From Candidatus Omnitrophota bacterium (GTDB lineage Bacteria; Omnitrophota; Omnitrophia; Omnitrophales; JACROU01): a stretch of DNA of 64,000 nt. The stretch covers positions 158,776 to 222,775 of the forward strand of contig JAJDCD010000012.1 in assembly GCA_029261035.1 (NCBI GenBank), in the 5' to 3' direction. The translations under genes were made by a program, and so were the position numbers. Under the pieces are notes generated by a model. It was not told where the DNA came from. It did no database searches and worked only from the letters and a program-made list of their open reading frames with translations. Below, piece after piece: positions 36,360 through 46,417 of this stretch (within the stretch, counting starts at the first letter, position 1; every line of letters starts with the position of its first letter).

Positions 36360-39300
36360 CTAATTTACGGGTATTTCTGTCTTCTTCTTTAGTGATAATT
36401 TAGGTATTTTTATGTTTCTCAATTTAGAGAACCCTCTTTTAAGATCATCTAACCCATAATAAAGACATGGGATAATGAATAAGGTAAGAATAGTAGAACT
36501 AATAAGCCCTCCCATAACGGTTATTGCTAAAGGCGCCCATAATTCAGCTGATTGCCCGAAGCTAATAGCCATAGGAGCAAATCCAAGCAACGTAGAGGTC
36601 GTTGTCATCATAATCGGTCTTAAGCGGTCTTGACAAGCCCTCATGAGCAAACTCTCTACATGAGTGTAATCCTCCTTCAACATATTAATTCTATCTATTA
36701 AAATAATAGAACTATTAACCACAGTACCTGCAAGCATAATCATCCCTATAAAAACAGATTGGCTCAAAGGCTTTCCGGTCAAAGTCAAACCTGCCCAAAC
36801 ACCAATGGCAGCTAAAGGAACTGCAACCATAATTAACAACGGCTGAACAAAAGACTGAAACAAACATGCCAGTAACATATATATAAGTACAACTGTGATA
36901 ATCATAGCTTGGCTCAACTGACCTCTTCCTTTAATGAGCTCTGGGTATTTTCCTCCAAATCGAAAATAATAATCTTTTGGAAACTCAACATCTTTTACAG
37001 CCTCCTTAACATCTTTTGCTACGGCTTCAATAGCTCTGGATGTATCTGCTTTTACAAAGACATATCGATGTTTATCTTTTCGATCAATTGTAGAGGGGCC
37101 CGTAGATGGAAAAAAACTAGCCACTTGAGAAATAGGAATTTGATCTCCTCCTTTATTCCCAACCAATATTCTTCTAAGATCCTCTAGCTTTTCACGATAA
37201 ATAGGTTGTAACCGAGTTATTGTTTCTACTTCTTCACCCTTTTCCTGCTCTCTGAATTTTGTTGGCCTCATACCTCTAACCTGCGCATGAATGGAGTCCG
37301 CTACTTGCTTGACGGTTAAATTGTAATAAGAAGCACGGCCACGATCTACAATCAAACTGTACTCAGGCCTTTTTCTCAAATCTGTCATAACAACATTGGA
37401 AAGTCCCGGGACCTTCCCCATAATACCTGTGAATTCATGGGCTAGTTTTTCAAGTTTGTCATTTTCATGACCGTAAATATCGATAACAAGTTTCGTCGAC
37501 TCATCACCAGAAACTCCCTCATCCACAATAACAGAATAATCTTCGTGAACAGTTTTCGCTTCTTCCCCTCCTTTTTCTCTAATATATTTTATAATTTCTT
37601 CCTTAGAAGTTTTTCGTTTTCGTTTCGGCAGTAATTTAACATAAAGCTTTAAGTCATCTTTTCTAACAACCGTATTCATTGTCTCTACTTCAGGAAATTC
37701 GCTCAACAAATCTTCAATTATTTTAGCCACACGATCATTAGCCCCTAATTTAGCCCCTGCAATAGGAAACACAATAACAGAGAATTCATTCTCTTCGTAA
37801 GAACTAGGCATATCCATATCTTTTTTACCAATTTCACCTGCCGCATACACAAAGGAAAGAAAAACAATTAAGAGAACAATGTACTTGTTTTTGAATGTTT
37901 TAGACAAAAGGAAACGATAGCCTGAAAAAAATCGACTCCGCTCTAATTTCTTAAGATCTTCAGCCCCACCTGAACGCCCTAATTTAATACGGCTCATAAG
38001 CATAGGAATAAGCATAACAGCAACGAATAGAGAACAAATAAGAGATGCGCTAATGGTAAAGGCTAAGCCTTGATACATGAGTTGAATTTCTTTATCAATG
38101 AATATAATAGGGAGAAAAACAATGATTGTTGTAGCTGCCGATGCTGCCAACGGAAGCCAAACCTCTTCAGCTCCAACAATGACCGCTTCAAAATGGTGCA
38201 TCCCTTCTTGTTTTTTCTTATAAATATTTTCTATTACAACAATAGAACTATCAACCAACATACCCATAGCTAAAGCCAAACCCGTTAATGTCATCACATT
38301 AATACTAACGCCCAAAGCAGCCATAAATATAAACGTCCCAATTACAGCGGATGGAATAGATAACATAACAATAAAAGCCAAACTAACCTTTCTAAGAAAA
38401 GCAAATATCGTTAATACGGTCAATATCACACCTAACAATAAAGAATTTCGAACTTCTCCAATCGCTTTTTTTATAGACTCAGCCCGATCTGTTATTACGG
38501 AGATTCGGATATCTTCATCTAGAAATTTACGAATTAACTCGACTTCACTTTGAACGGATCTAGAAACCTTAATTGTATTAGAGGTACTTGTCTTTTTAAT
38601 TTGGAGTGAACAATTGTCTTGGTTATTGAGTCTGGCGTAATCCTGCGGCTCCGAATAAGCATCTTTAACTGTGCCAACTTCTTTTAATGGGACAATAGAG
38701 CCTTCTGAAGTTGTCCCCACACCAATTTCACCAATATCTTCTACTTCTGTAAACCCACCAATAGTTCTAATGGCAATATTTAAGGAACCTTGCTGAAAAT
38801 CTCCTGCCAGCAAGTTAACATTAGCACTCCCTACTGTCTCCATTATTTTTTCAACAGTAATATTTTGAGCAAACATGCGGTCGCGATCTAACTCAATTAA
38901 AATCTTTCTTTCTCGACCACCGTAGACATCAACACTCGCGACCCCCTGAACGCGAGCTACTGCAGGTTTAATATTTTTTTCAACATATTCGCGAAGTTCT
39001 TCTGGCGTCTTTACTCCTGAAACAATTGAAAATATTAAAATAGGACTGTCTGAATCATTAAAGTTAGCTATGATCGGTTTTTCAATTTCTTCAGGTAATT
39101 TATTTTTTACTTTGGCAAATTTTTCTCTTACTTCTAGAGCAGCAAAATCCATATTCGTTCCAGGTTCAAACTGCAACGTAACTTTAGATTCCCCTTCACG
39201 CGAATTAGAAAATAAGTTTTTAAGGCGTGCAACAGTAGCTACCGATTCTTCAACGGGCTTGGTGATCAAAGACTCTACTTCAACGGGAGCTAAACCACCT

Positions 39301-39455
39301 CTAGCTCTTGTTGTAACTGAAATAATTCCTCGAGACATGTTTTGATAGAGTTCAACTTGAAGACTGATTAAGGAAATAACACCTAGGAGGATAATCCCAA
39401 CAAAGAATATGATAGTAAAAACAGGTCGTCTAACAGAAAAATTTGGAAGTCCCAT
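36360..39455 (-). CDS. RND family efflux permease (HAE1/AcrB-MdtC-like), 1031 aa.
   Basis: ORF track. RND N-terminus MGLPNFSVRRPVFTIIFFVGIILLG, 12-TM architecture, size typical of AcrB/MdtB/MdtC. Confidence 0.9.
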   Translation of the reverse strand: MGLPNFSVRRPVFTIIFFVGIILLGVISLISLQVELYQNMSRGIISVTTRARGGLAPVEVESLITKPVEESVATVARLKNLFSNSREGESKVTLQFEPGTNMDFAALEVREKFAKVKNKLPEEIEKPIIANFNDSDSPILIFSIVSGVKTPEELREYVEKNIKPAVARVQGVASVDVYGGRERKILIELDRDRMFAQNITVEKIMETVGSANVNLLAGDFQQGSLNIAIRTIGGFTEVEDIGEIGVGTTSEGSIVPLKEVGTVKDAYSEPQDYARLNNQDNCSLQIKKTSTSNTIKVSRSVQSEVELIRKFLDEDIRISVITDRAESIKKAIGEVRNSLLLGVILTVLTIFAFLRKVSLAFIVMLSIPSAVIGTFIFMAALGVSINVMTLTGLALAMGMLVDSSIVVIENIYKKKQEGMHHFEAVIVGAEEVWLPLAASAATTIIVFLPIIFIDKEIQLMYQGLAFTISASLICSLFVAVMLIPMLMSRIKLGRSGGAEDLKKLERSRFFSGYRFLLSKTFKNKYIVLLIVFLSFVYAAGEIGKKDMDMPSSYEENEFSVIVFPIAGAKLGANDRVAKIIEDLLSEFPEVETMNTVVRKDDLKLYVKLLPKRKRKTSKEEIIKYIREKGGEEAKTVHEDYSVIVDEGVSGDESTKLVIDIYGHENDKLEKLAHEFTGIMGKVPGLSNVVMTDLRKRPEYSLIVDRGRASYYNLTVKQVADSIHAQVRGMRPTKFREQEKGEEVETITRLQPIYREKLEDLRRILVGNKGGDQIPISQVASFFPSTGPSTIDRKDKHRYVFVKADTSRAIEAVAKDVKEAVKDVEFPKDYYFRFGGKYPELIKGRGQLSQAMIITVVLIYMLLACLFQSFVQPLLIMVAVPLAAIGVWAGLTLTGKPLSQSVFIGMIMLAGTVVNSSIILIDRINMLKEDYTHVESLLMRACQDRLRPIMMTTTSTLLGFAPMAISFGQSAELWAPLAITVMGGLISSTILTLFIIPCLYYGLDDLKRGFSKLRNIKIPKLSLKKKTEIPVN

Positions 39456-39475
39456 AACGTTGTCCTCGAATCCAT

Positions 39476-39630
39476 TAGCGGACAGCGTTTAGCGTGGAGC
39501 GTATAGGGTCTTTTGTCAATAGGCTCATCTGTCCAAAACATGTCCACTTAATCTATAATTCACTTTATTTATACTACGCGTCACAAAAGAACCCAGTTTT
39601 ACTATCCGCTCTACGCTATGCGCTACACGC
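39476..39630. repeat. Imperfect ~22-bp GC-rich inverted repeats (gcgtttagcgtggagcgtatag / ctctacgctatgcgctacacgctag) flanking a ~75-bp AT-rich spacer in the 167-bp gap between the two RND genes.
   Basis: Reverse complement of the right arm, gcgtgtagcgcatagcgtagag, matches left arm gcgtttagcgtggagcgtatag at about 80%. Islands of this GC content are unusual here. Confidence 0.45.
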
Positions 39631-42600
39631 TAGTAGTAGTTTCCTCAGTTTCTTCATAATCTTCATCTTCTTCTAGCTCGTCATCAAAATCTTCTGGTTG
39701 TCCTAATATAAGATTGGTCAATCGAGTTACTAACACATAAAGAGACGGCACTACAAAAAGTGAAAATACGGTAGAAGAAACTAATCCCCCCATGACAACG
39801 ATTGCTAGTGGGGCTCTTAATTCAGCCCCTTCACCTGTTCCTATAGCCATAGGAACCAAACCCATAGCCGAGGTGGCTGCTGTTAACATAATCGGACGAG
39901 CTCTCACCTTAGCGGCTGTAATAGCAGACTCTACGACACCCATCCCTTTTTCCCTTAAGTTATTAATATATTCAATCAATACGATTCCATTATTAACCAC
40001 AATACCACCCAGCATCACAATTCCCAGAAGCACAATCACATTCACACTTTTCCCTGCTAAAAAGAGCGCCACAGAAACACCAAAAATAGACAAAGGAACT
40101 GTAAACATAATAATGAGTGGTTGAATAAAAGATTCAAACTGCGCTGCCATAATCATATAAACTAAAACAATAGCCAATACGAGAGCAAAAATGATTTTTT
40201 GAAAAGATTCCTGAACCTCTTTAGCCTCACCCGCTGGAGCAACAAAATAACCTTCCTCCAACTGAATCTTATCCAACTCCATTTCAATATAAGAAATCAC
40301 CTCTTTTTTATCTGCTTCTTTAATCAAATCAGCTGTAACAGTTACCGTTCTTTGCTGATCTTTCCTTCTGATTTCACTTGGCCCTCGGCCAACCTCTAAA
40401 GTGGCCACTTCTTTCAAAGGAACCATCGCATCAATCACATTACTCTTAATCAAGAGACTGCTCAAAGTACTCAAGTCTTCCCGATCTTCAGCTCTAAGCT
40501 GCACACGAATATCAAACTCTCTCCCCTCAGATTTAAATTTTGTAGGAACCATCCCTTCAATAGCAGCTTTAGCTGTTAAGGAAATATCACGTGCTGAAAT
40601 TCCGTACAAAGCAGCTTTCTTTTTATCAATAATAATTCTAGTTTCAGGACTCGACTTTCCTAAGTCATCCGTTATGGCAATAATTTCTTCTTTTGAGCCC
40701 AAAATATCTTTAACTTGTGATGTTAATTCAGCTAACCGTTTTAAATCATACCCCTTAACTTCGACAACAATTGGCTTACTACCTCCAGCAGCAAAAGCAA
40801 ATTCGCTCTCACCCGCTATAAATTGAACTTCAGCTCCTTTAACATCGAGCTTCAATACTTCGGCTCTAATTTCTTCAATAACATAAGAGGATGGTACTTT
40901 TCGTTCAGAATTTAAATTAATCAATATTTGAGCTTGTGACGCCCTTAATCCTTCAGCTCCTCCTCCAGAGTCTGCTGAGGAACCAATACTCACAGCCATT
41001 TTTTCAACGAGAGGATGGGCAGAAACCACTTTTTCTAATATTTCCACCAATTCATCCGTCGCTGAAATCGTTGTTCCTACAGGCATATCCACCTTAACCA
41101 AGAACTGACCTTGATCTACCTTGGGCAGAACTTCTTGAGGCAAACTTCCTAGAATTTGTGTCCCAATAAAAAATAGAAAAAATGAAGCAATAACAAAACT
41201 ACCAAAAATCATATTTTGCTTTTTAGGGGATTTTGAACAAATAGACTCTTGAAAAGAGTTAACTTTTTTCATTAAATTATTAGGTTCTTTGTTCGGATTT
41301 AATTGTTTATCATTCAGTTTAATTTTAACTGCAAACAAAGGAATAATAAAAAGAGCTGCAAAAATAGCTACAACAAGTGAAAAAATCACTGTCCACGATA
41401 AATCTTTAAATAATTGGCCAGCAACTCCTGGAACAAAAATAATAAGCGGAAAAAATACAGCAATATTTGTTAAAGAAGAAGAAACAATGGGCCACATAAC
41501 TTCTTCTGTCCCTTCAACAGTAGCCTCTCTTGCCTCCTTACCTTCTACGCGTAAACGAAATATATTTTCGATCAACACAATCCCATTATCAATAACCATA
41601 CCAATACCTAAAGCAACACCCGCCAAGGACATCATATTAAAAGTAATACCTCGAGCAAACATTAAAAAGAAAACACCCATCACAGTAACTGGAATAATTA
41701 AAACAACCGCAAAAGAAGTAATGAAATTACGCAGAGCAATCAACAAAACAATAAAAGCCAAAAGACCTCCTTGCCATGCATTGTTGACGACATCTTGAAT
41801 AGAGGCTTTGATAAATATGGAACCATCATAAATGATCTCAACATCAACATCTCTAGACTCTAATTCTTCTCTTAATATCAATAGGGTATCGCGAATTCGT
41901 TCTGCCACTTTAATCGTATTTGCTTCTGCTTGTTTTTGAATGGAGAGGGAAATATTTGGAAGGCTATTATAACGAGAAATACTACTCACATCTTTAAATG
42001 TATCATTAACCTGAGAAATGTCTTGAAAGTAAATAAGTCTCTTTCTAACAACACCTCTTCGGCTCTTATCCCGCTCTCCCTCAACCGTATCTCTCGCAGA
42101 AAAAGAAGAAGATCTTTCTAAAAATGAAGTCTCTTTTTGTTGGGACTGATCTTTTTGTTCTATTCCGGCTACTACAAAAGGAATTTCTTCTACCTTTTTA
42201 AATTCCCCTACGGTGCGAATTAAATATTCATATAAACCTTTTTTAATACTTCCGGCTGGATACGAAAGGTTTGTTTGTTCTAATTTTTCAGAAATCCCCA
42301 ATAGAGAGAGTTTAGAAGCTAGCAAACGACCCTGATCCACTTCAACAAGAATATGTCTATCTAAACCACCACTCAATGAAGCTGATGCGACACCTTCTAC
42401 TTTCTCTAAATTATCTTTTAATGTTTTTTCAGCAATGTATTTCAAATCCATCAGCTCTAGGCTTCCTGTCACAGACAAAATCATTACAGGCTTAGCCAAT
42501 GGATCAAATTTTAAAACTTGAGGATCTTGAGATTCTTTTGGAAGCTTTTCTTTTACAAGGTCGATTTTTTCACGAACCGCGAGAGCAGCAAAATCAATAT

Positions 42601-42898
42601 CCGTTCCCCATGAAAATGAAATGGAAATTAAACTCTTTCCTTCCCTTGAGACAGACTCCATTCTTCTTAAGCCCCCAACAGAACCCAAAGTTTCTTCTAT
42701 AGGCTTTGTAATCAAGGCCTCGATTTCTTCTGGAGCAGCATTAGGATATTCGGTGACAACACTAATTTGGGGAAAAGTGATAGGTGGAAATAATTGCTGA
42801 GGTATTCGAGCAATGGCAATGAATCCCAGCAAAACAATTCCTAAGACTAGCATAATCACAGTTACGCGACGACTCAGGGTAAATTCGGATAATGTCAT
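39623..42898 (-). CDS. RND family efflux permease (HAE1), 1091 aa, with a low-complexity insert and an acidic C-terminal tail.
   Basis: ORF track. N-terminus MTLSEFTLSRRVTVIMLVLGIVLLG, RND architecture, C-terminus ...QPEDFDDELEEDEDYEETEETTTSV. Confidence 0.9.
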   Translation of the reverse strand: MTLSEFTLSRRVTVIMLVLGIVLLGFIAIARIPQQLFPPITFPQISVVTEYPNAAPEEIEALITKPIEETLGSVGGLRRMESVSREGKSLISISFSWGTDIDFAALAVREKIDLVKEKLPKESQDPQVLKFDPLAKPVMILSVTGSLELMDLKYIAEKTLKDNLEKVEGVASASLSGGLDRHILVEVDQGRLLASKLSLLGISEKLEQTNLSYPAGSIKKGLYEYLIRTVGEFKKVEEIPFVVAGIEQKDQSQQKETSFLERSSSFSARDTVEGERDKSRRGVVRKRLIYFQDISQVNDTFKDVSSISRYNSLPNISLSIQKQAEANTIKVAERIRDTLLILREELESRDVDVEIIYDGSIFIKASIQDVVNNAWQGGLLAFIVLLIALRNFITSFAVVLIIPVTVMGVFFLMFARGITFNMMSLAGVALGIGMVIDNGIVLIENIFRLRVEGKEAREATVEGTEEVMWPIVSSSLTNIAVFFPLIIFVPGVAGQLFKDLSWTVIFSLVVAIFAALFIIPLFAVKIKLNDKQLNPNKEPNNLMKKVNSFQESICSKSPKKQNMIFGSFVIASFFLFFIGTQILGSLPQEVLPKVDQGQFLVKVDMPVGTTISATDELVEILEKVVSAHPLVEKMAVSIGSSADSGGGAEGLRASQAQILINLNSERKVPSSYVIEEIRAEVLKLDVKGAEVQFIAGESEFAFAAGGSKPIVVEVKGYDLKRLAELTSQVKDILGSKEEIIAITDDLGKSSPETRIIIDKKKAALYGISARDISLTAKAAIEGMVPTKFKSEGREFDIRVQLRAEDREDLSTLSSLLIKSNVIDAMVPLKEVATLEVGRGPSEIRRKDQQRTVTVTADLIKEADKKEVISYIEMELDKIQLEEGYFVAPAGEAKEVQESFQKIIFALVLAIVLVYMIMAAQFESFIQPLIIMFTVPLSIFGVSVALFLAGKSVNVIVLLGIVMLGGIVVNNGIVLIEYINNLREKGMGVVESAITAAKVRARPIMLTAATSAMGLVPMAIGTGEGAELRAPLAIVVMGGLVSSTVFSLFVVPSLYVLVTRLTNLILGQPEDFDDELEEDEDYEETEETTTSV

Positions 42899-43024
42899 AG
42901 TTCACCTCAAGGTTCTTTATAAGTATACACCATATTTGCATTTATGACATTTCTTAGTTGCTAAACGGTGTTCCGAGGAGGGATTTAGATATTTATCCTT
43001 GCTACTATAGTAAATATCTCTTAA

Positions 43025-44263
43025 TTATAGCTGTAATTCCTGCTTCTCTAATATCTTAACTTTACTACCATCTTCTAGCTTTTCATACCCATAATTCACC
43101 AGCAATTCCTCATCATTTAAACCATAATCAATTTGAGTATAATCTTCTCTTTGGTAGCCAATTTTTATCGATTTTTTTGAAGCCGTCATAGTTTCTTCAT
43201 CTACAACAAAGGCATAAGCATCATCTTTTTTACCCAAAACTGTTTCTGTAGGGACAACTACGGTATTCTTTTTACTATAAATTAAAATTTTAATACGTGA
43301 AAACATTCCAGGAAGTAATAAACCTTCTGGGTTTTCAACACGAACTCGCACAGAAGCCGTTCTAGATGTTCCTGCCACAACAGGTGAAATATTTTCTACA
43401 GTCCCTTCAAATGTCTTTTCAGGGTAAGCATCAATAAAAACTCGTGACCTCTGACCTAAAGCCAGTTTATTCACATCTCTTTCTACGACACCAAATTCAA
43501 TTAGTACATATTCTGTAAATACATGCGTCCCGACTAAAGTATTCTGCGTAATCGCCTCGCCCTCTTCTACATAAAGTTCCCCAATCATTCCATCAGAGAC
43601 CGCATACAAATTGGTCTTTTCTAACAAAGATTCATTCGTCTTAACTTCTAAAGCCGTCGACTCAGCCTCATACTGTGCACTTTCAAGTTCTAATTTAACT
43701 GCATCTGAAGTCGATTTAGGAATAGCTCCAATCTCAAAAAGCATTTCATGCTCCCGAACTTTTTCTTCAGCAATTTTCAAAGCAGTAAGAGATTTATTGG
43801 ATTGAGCCTGAGAACGTTTTAAATTAAGAAGAATATCATCTTGCTTCAACGACATCAACAAAGCTCCTTCTTCATAGTTCTCACCTTCACGATAGTTGAT
43901 CGAATTGATCAAACCAGGCACTTCAAAACTTAACTTAAATTCAATAGCTCCCTTTACCGTCCCCAAACCCTTTAGAGAGTCTTCAAAATTAAATCGCTTA
44001 ATAGGAAAAACTTTAACCGAAACTAAATCCTGATCTTCATTTTGAGCTTGCTCTTGGGCCTGTTCTGGCTTAGGACCTTTTTTACTAAAGAAGAATTGAT
44101 TCGCAAACAAAAGACCAAAAAAACTCAAGATAATAATAACGACAAGAGGCTTTGATAATTTAAACTTGAAATTGGGAGGAATTATATTGAACGAGGATTT
44201 CTTTTCTGGAACTTCCTCACCTTCACCCTTATTCACATTTGAATTTTCATCTTCTAACGTCAT
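43025..44263 (-). CDS. Periplasmic adaptor / membrane-fusion protein of an RND pump, 412 aa.
   Basis: ORF track. N-terminal TM anchor, coiled-coil segment, and beta-barrel/lipoyl-like C-terminus typical of AcrA/MdtA-family adaptors. Gene position between the OMF and the RND genes. Confidence 0.85.
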   Translation of the reverse strand: MTLEDENSNVNKGEGEEVPEKKSSFNIIPPNFKFKLSKPLVVIIILSFFGLLFANQFFFSKKGPKPEQAQEQAQNEDQDLVSVKVFPIKRFNFEDSLKGLGTVKGAIEFKLSFEVPGLINSINYREGENYEEGALLMSLKQDDILLNLKRSQAQSNKSLTALKIAEEKVREHEMLFEIGAIPKSTSDAVKLELESAQYEAESTALEVKTNESLLEKTNLYAVSDGMIGELYVEEGEAITQNTLVGTHVFTEYVLIEFGVVERDVNKLALGQRSRVFIDAYPEKTFEGTVENISPVVAGTSRTASVRVRVENPEGLLLPGMFSRIKILIYSKKNTVVVPTETVLGKKDDAYAFVVDEETMTASKKSIKIGYQREDYTQIDYGLNDEELLVNYGYEKLEDGSKVKILEKQELQL

Positions 44264-46326
44264 TATCTAACCTTCCCTTGAAAAGACTCCATTTTGAGAA
44301 TATCTTGTTTCCCAATTGCTTTATTTAATGAAATCCTTGCAATAATAAAATCTGATACTGATTGCGTATACTCTTGTTTCGCATCCAACAAATCTTTTTC
44401 AGCTTGCAAATACTCTGAAATTTGAATTTGATTTTTCCCCAACTGATAAAACTTCAACTGCGCTACGCGTTTTCTATGTTCCATTTTCTTCACCGTTGAA
44501 TCTAATTGGATCAGAGCCCTGTTATACCCATAAAAAGTCTCTTTAACTTCTTTAACTACCTCATTTTCCTTCTCTTGTAATTCTACCATCTGTTCCATCA
44601 TTTGAATACGTGCTTCTTTTTCATCCACAAAAGCATCAATTGCGTCAAAGAGGGCAAATGTAAATTTATGCGTGTTAGTTCGAGTCCCAGATCCCCCTTG
44701 GAACTCCGTTACACTAGGGCCTCTCTGGTCTGTGTCAAAGCTATATTCGAAGGTATTTCCAAAAACATTAGAGGTTGTTTCTACACCAAATTTAAATTCA
44801 GAAGACCAAGAAGGGTCCGGGTTATTATCCAAGAAAGACTCTGCTGTCTGCCCCGTTTCAAGAATGACATCAAATTGAGGTAAAAGTTTACCAACCTCTC
44901 CCTTCAATTTATGTCTATTAGCCAAGAGCTTAAACTCTTCTAATCTTAAATCCGCCCTGTTTTGATAAGCAACCTCAACAAGGTCCTCTAACTGTTGAGA
45001 AACTCGATCTATTTTCTCAACATCTGCAACAGCAAAAAAAGAAGAAGTGTCCATCATTTCCTCTGGAAGAGCTTCGTTTTTTAACCGATCCATAGAATCT
45101 ACTTCAATCATCTCCCCTTCAGGCAACTTCAAGAAACGAGATAGATCTAATTGTGCCAGAGCCAGGTCTTGATAAGAGGTTTCCAGTTCTGCTCGCAATT
45201 CTCCCAAAAGAGAATCTGTATTAAGAAACTCTATTTCTGAAACAATCCCAGCTTTTCTCTTTTCAACATTTTGTATTTTTAATTTATTCATTCGTAAAGA
45301 AAAATCAGACATTCCAGTAAACAAGGTTTGAGCACGAGAATAGTTCAAATACGCTTCAGCAACTTGCATTACTAATTCCGAAAGCTCAGACAACGACTCT
45401 TCTTTACTAGCTTTGTAACTAGCCCTTTCTTCCTTATATGCATTCCAAAGTGTTCCACCTCTAAAAATAGGCTGCTTCAAATTGATTCTCCAGGAATCCC
45501 CTGTAAAAGCGCCTTGACTCAAAGAACCTCCCTTTTCATTAAGCTCAACATCCATTTCAGGAAATAGGTCTCTAAATGATTTCAGCAATCTTATTTTTGC
45601 TGTCTTTTCTTTCTCCTTTGCAATTCTCACAGGAATAAAGACCTCCATCGCCCTCATAACAACTTCTTCTAGAGACTTCGCTTCTTGAGCAAGAAAAATT
45701 TCCCTCTCCAACAAATCTTTTTTGTTAACCACTTCCTTAAAATATTTTTTATCCAGATTTGGAAAACGCTTCTGCAAAGCAGCTCTTTCTAGCTTTACCT
45801 GCGCCTTAATTAATTTTCTATCCTGCTTCTCAAGGTCCTTATAGGATGTGACTGAATTCAATTCTGAGGAGTTTTCTTTGAATGAGTTCCAACGATCGTT
45901 AATTTCACTAACCGTCATTCCATAATATTTTTGTGTTTTCTTACGGTGCTTCACTAAATCAGAAGATGATTGAGCTTCTAGACGCATAACTTCTTTTTCC
46001 TGCCGCAAGCTCTCTTCTTGTTGCTTAACTTTTTCTTCAGCCAATTTTTCTCGCTCTGTATTCAGCTTCTCTTCAAGCTCTTGACTCTTAATTTCTTCTT
46101 GTTTTTTGATTTCTAATTTTGTTTTTTGAGGACTAACTAAAGGAGGTTGAACAGATGAACTCGTGGTTGTTTTTTGCTGATCCACAAACGAAAACACCTC
46201 TTCCCCCTCATCAACGTAAGGAGATTGAGGCCCATACACACCCTCGGTGTTTTCAGACCAAGATGAAGGAATACAAAATATTAATACTAAGATGGTGATT
46301 GGTAGTAAAAACTTCCATGCTTTCAT
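44263..46326 (-). CDS. TolC-family outer membrane efflux factor with a ~300-aa K/E-rich N-terminal extension, 687 aa.
   Basis: ORF track. Signal peptide MKAWKFLLPITILVLIFCIPSSWS; long charged coiled-coil-like segment; C-terminal two-repeat OEP/TolC-like region. Overlaps the adaptor start by 1 nt. Confidence 0.8.
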   Translation of the reverse strand: MKAWKFLLPITILVLIFCIPSSWSENTEGVYGPQSPYVDEGEEVFSFVDQQKTTTSSSVQPPLVSPQKTKLEIKKQEEIKSQELEEKLNTEREKLAEEKVKQQEESLRQEKEVMRLEAQSSSDLVKHRKKTQKYYGMTVSEINDRWNSFKENSSELNSVTSYKDLEKQDRKLIKAQVKLERAALQKRFPNLDKKYFKEVVNKKDLLEREIFLAQEAKSLEEVVMRAMEVFIPVRIAKEKEKTAKIRLLKSFRDLFPEMDVELNEKGGSLSQGAFTGDSWRINLKQPIFRGGTLWNAYKEERASYKASKEESLSELSELVMQVAEAYLNYSRAQTLFTGMSDFSLRMNKLKIQNVEKRKAGIVSEIEFLNTDSLLGELRAELETSYQDLALAQLDLSRFLKLPEGEMIEVDSMDRLKNEALPEEMMDTSSFFAVADVEKIDRVSQQLEDLVEVAYQNRADLRLEEFKLLANRHKLKGEVGKLLPQFDVILETGQTAESFLDNNPDPSWSSEFKFGVETTSNVFGNTFEYSFDTDQRGPSVTEFQGGSGTRTNTHKFTFALFDAIDAFVDEKEARIQMMEQMVELQEKENEVVKEVKETFYGYNRALIQLDSTVKKMEHRKRVAQLKFYQLGKNQIQISEYLQAEKDLLDAKQEYTQSVSDFIIARISLNKAIGKQDILKMESFQGKVR

Positions 46327-46417
46327 TAGAGGTTCCTCTATAAAATAAGGTGCTGATCCATTTACAAAAACAGTGTTATATTATCGGCTATAATAGCTTT
46401 TAACTAAAGCAGCTTGT

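Noticed and set aside
36895-37190. Plus-strand ORFs nested antisense in housekeeping and efflux genes (for example 36909..37187, 41289..41798, 49375..49680, 56044..56394).
   Set aside because: They are antisense to well-supported genes, AT-rich and low-complexity, with no independent signals.
39494-39676. 60-aa plus-strand ORF in the gap between the two RND genes.
   Set aside because: It spans the inverted-repeat element and the start of the upstream RND gene on the opposite strand. It has no RBS and a low-complexity product.
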